In this document: positions 57,347 to 64,000 of the stretch, one piece after another
Layout: the number at the start of each line of letters is the position of its first letter
How positions within the stretch are numbered: the first letter of the stretch is position 1
Assembly: GCA_022644565.1 (NCBI GenBank)
Contig: JALCHG010000001.1
Span: 132-64,131 of the forward strand
Direction: 5' to 3'
Source of the DNA: Solobacterium sp.
GTDB lineage: Bacteria > Bacillota_I > Bacilli_A > Erysipelotrichales > Erysipelotrichaceae
Length of the DNA: 64,000 bases
Position numbers and translations under genes: made by a program
Notes under the pieces: generated by a model
Seen by the model: the letters and a program-made list of their open reading frames with translations, nothing else
Told to the model about the DNA's origin: nothing
The model's database searches: none

Positions 57347-57682
57347 TTAATGATCATGGCAATGACAGGATTCAGCTCTTTCTTCCAGGCCATTCTGGAT
57401 GAATGCTTTGACAGCCTCTTCACAGCTGCCGTTATTGCCGCCATAGATTCTGATGCCGCAGGCAGACAGGGCATTGACCATACCCTGGCCCATACCGCCG
57501 CAGATCACCGCATCAACACCTTTGTTTTTGAGAAAAGGTGCCAGCTCATGATGGCTGTGTCCTTCAGTTGAAATGATCGAAGATGTATATGACGCTCCAT
57601 TGATGTCATAAAGGACAAAGGCTTCAGCTTTGCCGAAGTGGGCAAAGATGTTTCCATTATCGTAAGGTAATGCGACTCTCAT
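57347..57682 (-). CDS. NifB/NifX-like (dinitrogenase FeMo-cofactor domain) protein
   Basis: IFAHFGKAEAF, GVDAVICGGMG, C-terminal CHCHDH. Confidence 0.88.
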   Translation of the reverse strand: MRVALPYDNGNIFAHFGKAEAFVLYDINGASYTSSIISTEGHSHHELAPFLKNKGVDAVICGGMGQGMVNALSACGIRIYGGNNGSCEEAVKAFIQNGLEERAESCHCHDH

Positions 57683-57689
57683 TTATGAT

Positions 57690-57845
57690 TTATTCCTCCT
57701 TGTCGTCATGTTCTTCACCGGGATTGTCATAGATTCCCCATTTGTCCATATGGGCTTTTCCCCAGTGGTTTCCGATTCTGTTCAGGGCAATCAGAAGAAT
57801 GCCGAACAGAACACCAAGTATGATACATAGAATAATCAATGCCAT
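57690..57845 (-). CDS. Unannotated 51-aa single-TM membrane protein
   Basis: Manual translation MALIILCIILGVLFGILLIALNRIGNHWGKAHMDKWGIYDNPGEEHDDKEE; AAGGAG RBS; fills the gap between co-oriented genes. Confidence 0.7.
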   Translation of the reverse strand: MALIILCIILGVLFGILLIALNRIGNHWGKAHMDKWGIYDNPGEEHDDKEE

Positions 57846-57847
57846 CT

Positions 57848-58333
57848 TCAGCACTCCTTCCATTCTGTTTCATCAAGTTCATCTTCAGCCATCTTAACAT
57901 AGTGAGCAGCGTTGTCTTCACACTTTCTGCGCTCTGCTTCCGTTAATGGACGGATCACGCGGGCGGGAGAGCCGAGGATCAGAGAACCGGCTGGATAATG
58001 CCTGTCCTCGGTTACCAGGGCACCGGCTCCTACAATACAGTGATCTTCAATCACGGCATTGTTCATGATGATGGCGCCCATGCCGATGATCACATCATCC
58101 TTTACCGTACAGCCATGCAGGATTGCCCCATGGCCGGCTGTGACAGAATCACCCAGCGTGACATCATGGCCTTCACCCGCATGGATGATGACCCCGTCCT
58201 GGATGTTTGTATTCTTTCCGATCCGTATGGCTGCGGTATCTGCCCGCAGGACAGCATTATGCCAGAAGGAACAGTTTTCCTGCATACTGATCTTTCCTTC
58301 CAGCACTGTATTTTTTCCTGTATGAATTTTCAT
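57848..58333 (-). CDS. Gamma-carbonic anhydrase family protein
   Basis: VLRAD, TNIQDG, TAGHGAILHGC hexapeptide repeats, GSPAR. Confidence 0.92.
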   Translation of the reverse strand: MKIHTGKNTVLEGKISMQENCSFWHNAVLRADTAAIRIGKNTNIQDGVIIHAGEGHDVTLGDSVTAGHGAILHGCTVKDDVIIGMGAIIMNNAVIEDHCIVGAGALVTEDRHYPAGSLILGSPARVIRPLTEAERRKCEDNAAHYVKMAEDELDETEWKEC

Positions 58334-58434
58334 AAGTCTATTTTAGCGAAATGGGGCAGGAAGACAAGTTCTGTACAGGCCAGGCTTATGAACAGAAGAG
58401 AAATGTTCTAAAATAAAAGCAGAGGTAAAACAAG

Positions 58435-59121
58435 ATGAAATTAGATAATCTGCGCGATATTGCGATCCTGATCGATCACACCAACCTGAAACCCTATGCC
58501 ACGGATGAAGACATGAAACAGCTGTGTGAAGAGGCGAAAGAAAACCATTTCCGCATGGTTGCCATCAATTCTTCCCGGACGGCGTACTGCCATGCCCTGC
58601 TGGAAGGAACAGATGTGCATGTCGGTGCTGCCATTTCCTTTCCGCTTGGACAGACAGATACGGCTGTAAAGCTGTATGAAACGGAAACTGCCATCAAAGA
58701 AGGAGCGGATGAAATTGATTATGTCGTGTCTCTTTCGGATGTGAAAAACGGAGACTGGTATAAGGTGGAAGATGAGATGCGCCGGATGACACAGCTCTGC
58801 CACAGCTATGGTGCTCTGCTTAAGGTCATCTTTGAGATCTGCTATCTGAATGAAGATGAGATCATTCATCTAGCTAAGATGGCAGGGGAAGTCGGACCTG
58901 ACTTCATCAAGACTTCTACCGGTTTCGGCGCATCCGGGGCAACGGTGGAAGCGGTCAAGCTCATGAAGGCATACTGCGGCGATCATGTCAAAGTCAAGGC
59001 AGCCGGAGGCATCCGCACCTGGCAGGCATTCAAGGCAATGGTGGATGCCGGAGCAGAGCGCATCGGTACTTCAAGCGGCCTGAAGATCATGGCCGAAGCG
59101 AAGAAAGAGCTGAATCTCTAA
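58435..59121 (+). CDS. deoC: Deoxyribose-phosphate aldolase
   Basis: IDHTNLKP, SFPLG, GADEIDYV, FIKTSTGF, VKAAGGIR, RIGTS. Confidence 0.96.
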   Translation: MKLDNLRDIAILIDHTNLKPYATDEDMKQLCEEAKENHFRMVAINSSRTAYCHALLEGTDVHVGAAISFPLGQTDTAVKLYETETAIKEGADEIDYVVSLSDVKNGDWYKVEDEMRRMTQLCHSYGALLKVIFEICYLNEDEIIHLAKMAGEVGPDFIKTSTGFGASGATVEAVKLMKAYCGDHVKVKAAGGIRTWQAFKAMVDAGAERIGTSSGLKIMAEAKKELNL

Positions 59122-59154
59122 AAAAAGCTTCATCGGTATTTCCGATGAAGTTTT

Positions 59155-60396
59155 TTACTGACGCTGGCCGGGACCGCCATTGCCTGAAGGAGCACTGCCG
59201 CCCATCGGGCCGCCGCCTCCCATCTGCATGCTTTCGGTGATCGCAGTCACCTGTTCTCCATTGACTGTGACCGTACCGCCATTGAGCTCAGCTGATGTAT
59301 CGTAGTCAAAGGCAAACTGGGCGGTGATATCAATCGTACCGCCGTTGATGATCAGAGAGCCATTGGCATCCAGGGCATCCGTGTCGCCATCACCCATGGT
59401 GATACTGAGGGTGCCGCCGTTGATTTCAATCTTTACGTCACAGGCTGTGGATTTGGCTGCAACGTTGATGCCGTCATCTGAGGCACTGATGGTGATATTG
59501 CCGTCATTGATCTGTACATAGGTCGCTTCTAATGCCTCTGCGGCAGTGATATTGAAAGTGCCGCCGTCTATTTCAAGGATCGTTGTGGCATGGATGCCGT
59601 CACTCGAAGCGTTGATATTGAAGGTGCCGTCATAGATATAGACATAGCCGACTGTATCATCATCCTTGTCCTTGCTGCGGAAGCCGTTATTGCCGGCATT
59701 GATGTTGAAGGTGCCTGCCGAAATGGCAATGGAATCATGTGCTTCAAAGGCATTATGGCTGGCAGTTACGTTATAGGTGCCGCCGGTGATCTTCAGATCA
59801 TCATGGCTGGAGATTCCATTATCCGTACTGTTGATGGTCAAAGTGCCGGTGCCGTTGAGGGTCAGATCCTGTTTGGAGAAGATGACCGCATCCGTATTGG
59901 TATCGCCATCGGCTGTAAATGTACCGGTAACGGAGAGACTGTTGTCATTGAGAAGAGTGACAAATACCTTGTCAGCAGACTTGACATAGATGACCGGTGC
60001 ACTGTCATTGATGATGCTGGTATTGTCCAGCACAATCTGTACTTTGGCGGAATCATCCGCTTCCACGGTAATTGTGACATTGGAAGCTGTACCGGTGATG
60101 ACATAAACACCTTCTTCGGTAATAGAAATATTCTGCCCGTCAGAGACCGTATACTGCAAAGCATCTGATGTATCTGCGCTCTGTTCAAGATCCCTGTCGC
60201 TGAACATGTCTGATGCGTCAATGGCACCGCTTGTAGCAGTAAAGGAAGCGGCGGTCGATGTTTCTGATGTGCTGTCTGTCGAAGCTGCTGAAGCTGTGGC
60301 TGAGGCAGTTGTCTTTGCTGTATCAGCTGAGGCACAGCCGGCAAGAACCGTCAGACAGCCTGTCAGAAATAGCAGGCTTAATTTATTCTGTTTCAT
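59155..60396 (-). CDS. Cthe_2159/DUF4353-type beta-helix carbohydrate-binding lipoprotein
   Basis: Lipobox LAGC, FSDRDL, ITEEGVYVITG, DAVIFSKQDLTLNG, DDGINV, DALDANG; Gly/Pro/Met-rich C-terminus. Confidence 0.88.
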   Translation of the reverse strand: MKQNKLSLLFLTGCLTVLAGCASADTAKTTASATASAASTDSTSETSTAASFTATSGAIDASDMFSDRDLEQSADTSDALQYTVSDGQNISITEEGVYVITGTASNVTITVEADDSAKVQIVLDNTSIINDSAPVIYVKSADKVFVTLLNDNSLSVTGTFTADGDTNTDAVIFSKQDLTLNGTGTLTINSTDNGISSHDDLKITGGTYNVTASHNAFEAHDSIAISAGTFNINAGNNGFRSKDKDDDTVGYVYIYDGTFNINASSDGIHATTILEIDGGTFNITAAEALEATYVQINDGNITISASDDGINVAAKSTACDVKIEINGGTLSITMGDGDTDALDANGSLIINGGTIDITAQFAFDYDTSAELNGGTVTVNGEQVTAITESMQMGGGGPMGGSAPSGNGGPGQRQ

Positions 60397-60527
60397 GATA
60401 TCCTCCACGGGTCATTTCTCCCGACGAAATTATTCTGACAGACATGTGTGAACAAATTGAAAACACACCCTGAACAGCAGGGGAAATAACAGGAAATTCT
60501 GCGTATAATAAGAACAGGGAGAGTCAC

Positions 60528-61547
60528 ATGGCTACAATTAAAGATATCGCAAAAATGACAGGCTACAGCATCGGTACGGTTTCCCGGGTCATCAACCACC
60601 AGAAAGACGTATCGGAAAAAGCCCGCCGTGAAATAGAAAAAGCCGTAGAGGAAACCGGCTATATCCCCAATGCCAATGCCAAACTGCTCAAGCAGACCGG
60701 TACCAGTGCAATTACGGTCATCATCAAAGGTACCAGCAACATCTTCCTCAATACGATTCTGGAAGAAATTCAGAAAGAACTGGATGCGGCCGGGGAGGAA
60801 GTCAATGTCGTCTTTCTGAATGAAGGCGATGATGAAGTACAGACTGCATCTGCCCTCAACCGGGATAACCATCCCAAGGGACTGATCTTCCTTGGGGCAG
60901 ACCTGGATCACTTCCGCCGGGAATTTTCCAGTGTTACAGCACCTTCCGTCATGATTGCTGCCAATGCTTCACGCCTTGGCTTTGATAATCTTTCTTCCAT
61001 CTATACCGATGATTTTGCCGGCGGCTATGCGGCAGCCAGTGAACTCATCAAACGGGGACATAGGAAAATTACCGTGATCGGCGGCTTTGACAGCAGTGAT
61101 GAACAGCAGGCTTCTGCTGCCCGTCTGAAAGGTGCGATGCGGGCCATGCAGGACCATGGCATTGCGTTTGATCTGAAAAAACAGTATATTCACTCCGTCT
61201 TTTCCATGCAGGGCGGCTATGAAGCGGTAAAGGATATGTTTCTGCAGGTACCGGATGTGACGGCGGTGTTTGCCTTAAGTGATGCGATTGCCTTCGGCAT
61301 CATGCGGGCGGTACATGATGATGGCTATATCGTGCCGGATGATATCAGTATCATCGGCTATGACGGCATCACTTATTCCAGCTATACTAATCCACGTTTC
61401 ATGACTATTGAACAGGATAAGGCTCAGATGGCACATGAAGGTGTGGAAGATCTGCTCAGAAGAATCAGACAGGGCGGTCTTCCGGTTCATGAAAAGATTC
61501 CGTTCCATATCATTCATGATGAAAGTGCGTCAGAGGTAAAGAAATGA
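60528..61547 (+). CDS. LacI-family transcriptional regulator
   Basis: ATIKDIAKMTGYSIGTVSRVIN HTH, SDAIAFG, PDDISIIGYDG. Confidence 0.94.
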   Translation: MATIKDIAKMTGYSIGTVSRVINHQKDVSEKARREIEKAVEETGYIPNANAKLLKQTGTSAITVIIKGTSNIFLNTILEEIQKELDAAGEEVNVVFLNEGDDEVQTASALNRDNHPKGLIFLGADLDHFRREFSSVTAPSVMIAANASRLGFDNLSSIYTDDFAGGYAAASELIKRGHRKITVIGGFDSSDEQQASAARLKGAMRAMQDHGIAFDLKKQYIHSVFSMQGGYEAVKDMFLQVPDVTAVFALSDAIAFGIMRAVHDDGYIVPDDISIIGYDGITYSSYTNPRFMTIEQDKAQMAHEGVEDLLRRIRQGGLPVHEKIPFHIIHDESASEVKK

Positions 61548-62422
61548 TACAGTCCGTCTACCGCCATACCCGTTTTGAAACTGGGGCTCAGGTGCGCCTG
61601 GTGTTTCCGGTATTGATGAATACAAGAGATCCAGAACTCAAAGAAGCCGTCTTTATCAAGGGCAGTCAGAAAAGAACATACAGAAGGGAAGAGCTGATCC
61701 GTCTGTCATCGGATCCGCTTAAAGCTAGAAAGCTCATGGAAAAGCTCAGAGACAGTGACAGTTTCATAGTCAGAGGTTCGTTTCTTTCCGCAGGTGATTT
61801 CTCATTCAAGGCGGAATGTTCTGATCCGCCGGTACTTGTCATCCAGTCTTCCCGTGAAAAGATCAGCGACGATCTTGTTCATGATCTCTATGAAGCAACG
61901 GCTTCTCTGTTTCCGGATGCCTTTGCCCGTGAAGAAGAGCTTTCCCTGACCATCAACTATATCCGTGAATCAATGACGGCGGGTGCCATGTTCATCCTGA
62001 ATCATGACACAAAGGAAAAAGACTTCAGGGCTTCAAAGCTTTACACTTATACGATTGAGGATGGAACAAAGCCCCATATTTATACGATCGGGGTGCCGTT
62101 TCTCTATGCACAGCGGGATTGGGTCATGCGTCTTTCCTTCAATGAAGATGGAAGTCTTTCCATGGTATCACTGCGGCTGATTGTGGCAAGAAATGACGGT
62201 TCGGCCGTATATGAGGATCTGAAGGATGATGAGATGAGCCAGGCTTTTGATGAGACTGTTGCGATTCTGAATCGGGAAAGCGGATTTACGGATGGCGCAA
62301 GACGCAGCGGCGATGGACTGGTGTTCTATGGCTATGGTTCCCACAATGTCATGGCGGTGAAGGATATGAGTGATGGCTGCGTGAATCTGAATATGCTGTT
62401 CAGTGTAAAGAACAATGGCTGA
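61544..62422 (+). CDS. Hypothetical protein
   Basis: 292-aa ORF, ATGA-coupled to lacI; no family recognised. Confidence 0.7.
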   Translation: MIQSVYRHTRFETGAQVRLVFPVLMNTRDPELKEAVFIKGSQKRTYRREELIRLSSDPLKARKLMEKLRDSDSFIVRGSFLSAGDFSFKAECSDPPVLVIQSSREKISDDLVHDLYEATASLFPDAFAREEELSLTINYIRESMTAGAMFILNHDTKEKDFRASKLYTYTIEDGTKPHIYTIGVPFLYAQRDWVMRLSFNEDGSLSMVSLRLIVARNDGSAVYEDLKDDEMSQAFDETVAILNRESGFTDGARRSGDGLVFYGYGSHNVMAVKDMSDGCVNLNMLFSVKNNG

Positions 62423-62849
62423 AGATCTGAAAGAAAAGCATATGAAGGAGGCAGCGGATTTTATCCGCTGGGCGGAAGACTTCAGGGAGAATATCTACCA
62501 TCCTGATCTGAGTGGTCTTTTGGAAAAGCTGATCAGGGATCTGAGAAATCTGAGGGATACGGAGTATTACTTTGAAAGCGGTGAGAAACAGCTGAAAAGT
62601 CTTTATGAACGCTATCTTCCATATCTGAAAGTCATCCTGAATGAATACAGATCCATGCAGGAAACAAATGACTATGAAAAGATACAGACCCTGTCGGTCA
62701 GACTCAGAAGAATGCTTGAAAATGTGGATGAAGCAGTGAAAGAGATCAATGCCATTCTACCGCAGGATGAAATCGACAATGCCAGTGCTGAAGCAAAGGC
62801 AGAAAAAATGAAAAAGATGCTGGATGAAAAAACAGGCCGCAGGAAGTGA
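62415..62849 (+). CDS. XpaC-like (5-bromo-4-chloroindolyl phosphate hydrolysis) helical protein
   Basis: 'YERYLPYLKVILNEY' and 'DEIDNASAEAKAEKMKKML' resemble the XpaC C-terminal helical region. Confidence 0.5.
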   Translation: MAEDLKEKHMKEAADFIRWAEDFRENIYHPDLSGLLEKLIRDLRNLRDTEYYFESGEKQLKSLYERYLPYLKVILNEYRSMQETNDYEKIQTLSVRLRRMLENVDEAVKEINAILPQDEIDNASAEAKAEKMKKMLDEKTGRRK

Positions 62850-62866
62850 TTCCTGCGGCCTCTCTG

Positions 62867-64000
62867 TTACTGTATCAGTTCAATATGAAGATTGTAATCT
62901 TTGAGCGTATCAAGCTTTTCTTTCGGACCAACCACACAGATCATGCCATCCTGCATGGCTCTGCTCAGAGCATCGGCTTTTTCCTGCAGCTTGGCACTGT
63001 CTGTTTCAAGCATCTGTTTACGCATGTTTCTGCGGTAGTCATAGCTGATGCCGGAGAACCAGCGCAGATCACTGATGCCGATGCGTGCACCCGGACTCAA
63101 TACCGGCATGCCGGCCGCAATGGCACCGATGATGTAGTTTGTATAGTCATCTGTTTCTTTGGCCATATCATGCATGAAAGCACTGCAGCCATCCATCGCT
63201 TTCAAAGCATTAGCAGGATCCGGATCACGGTATGAGTAGCCTGTCACAAGCGAACCGCCGCCGGCACTGATGCCGGTCCCGTATGCACCGCCTTTGACTC
63301 TAACTTCATTCCACAGATATTCATAGGTGAGAATATGGCTCAATACCCGCACTGAACCGTCGGTATCGGTATACAGACTGCCTTTGGCCGCATAGGCAAC
63401 TCCGCCGGGGATGAGGAAACCTTCGTTTCTCTTGGGCAGAAGGGCATAATGAACCCTGGCCCGATGGGCATCGCCCATTTCAAGTGAATCGATGAAGGCA
63501 TGCACATCCTTGGCATGATCACCGCTGTAGGAGAAGGTCAGGCGGCTTGCAATAAACAGGTTGGCAGCGAAAAGATCGCATAATTCCATGAAATCATCGA
63601 TCTGCTGATCATAGTTTTCATCCAGCTGCTTGAGCCATCTGCCGGAAGTAATGCCATGGACATATTCCTCAAACACACCGGAAGCGGTATTGGCAGCCGC
63701 AATGCGCAGTCTGGCAAAGGACTGGCCGGAACCGGCTGCCGCTTCTAAGAAGCTCTGTCTTGTCTGCTTGAGCAGAGGATGGATGGTTTCCTTTTCAAAT
63801 ACAGTTTCGCAGAGGATCTCCTTGACAAGTGCCAGGGCTTCCCTGCTGTTCTGATCCAGACATGACATCCGGACGGAAAGCATCGGTGTGCAGGCATCAT
63901 TTTCATTGATTCTGCTGGTACTCATAACAGAGATGGAAAGGGAGCCGATATAGCGGTTCATCAGAATCTGCAGCTCTCTGACCGTATGAGAAGAGGTCGG
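62867..64000 (-). CDS. Insulinase/M16C (PreP-like) metallopeptidase, C-terminal part (start outside window)
   Basis: YLWNEVRVKGGAYG, YSYRDP, GGVAYA; frame continues to the window edge. Confidence 0.88.
   Translation of the reverse strand, partial: PTSSHTVRELQILMNRYIGSLSISVMSTSRINENDACTPMLSVRMSCLDQNSREALALVKEILCETVFEKETIHPLLKQTRQSFLEAAAGSGQSFARLRIAAANTASGVFEEYVHGITSGRWLKQLDENYDQQIDDFMELCDLFAANLFIASRLTFSYSGDHAKDVHAFIDSLEMGDAHRARVHYALLPKRNEGFLIPGGVAYAAKGSLYTDTDGSVRVLSHILTYEYLWNEVRVKGGAYGTGISAGGGSLVTGYSYRDPDPANALKAMDGCSAFMHDMAKETDDYTNYIIGAIAAGMPVLSPGARIGISDLRWFSGISYDYRRNMRKQMLETDSAKLQEKADALSRAMQDGMICVVGPKEKLDTLKDYNLHIELIQ

Noticed and set aside
1-64000. CRISPR array, rRNA, intact prophage or integrase
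   Set aside because: No regularly spaced repeats, rRNA-like sequence, phage structural genes or recombinase ORF were seen.

Overview
A mostly housekeeping chromosomal window from a moderate-GC Firmicute. Gene content and style suggest Erysipelotrichaceae (Solobacterium/Bulleidia/Stecheria-like); this is inference. It contains T-box(Asn)-asnB, serC-serA, larA, an LMW-PTP, CIRCE-controlled lon, a SpaA-like surface protein, a T-box(His)-hisZGDCBHAFIE operon, pfkA, deoD, ddl, dut, map, a CBS-pyrophosphatase, kptA/rnz, tRNA-Arg(CCG), two amino-acid ABC systems, pcrA, rluA/rlmD, a BMP-type nucleoside ABC system, an RlmI-like methyltransferase, carD, an alpha-amylase, luxS, deoC, a Cthe_2159-like lipoprotein, a LacI operon and a partial M16 peptidase. 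Three signals are not explained by the ORF track. (1) A ~680-bp AT-rich integrase-less mini-element at the tRNA-Arg 3' end, bounded by a 14/15-nt direct repeat. It carries two tiny hydrophobic peptides (one apparently frameshifted), an antisense promoter and an RHH protein, i.e. a candidate type I toxin-antitoxin-like cassette. (2) A Cys-Cys leader peptide with alternative hairpins and a terminator upstream of a CjaA-like (cysteine) ABC transporter, a candidate ribosome-dependent attenuator in a Firmicute. (3) An IS1634-transposase-derived ORF lacking the catalytic core but still open, inside the nucleoside ABC locus. Several gene-deletion scars are also present. No CRISPR array, rRNA or intact prophage was seen. 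All family calls come from motif recognition by eye, without database searches.
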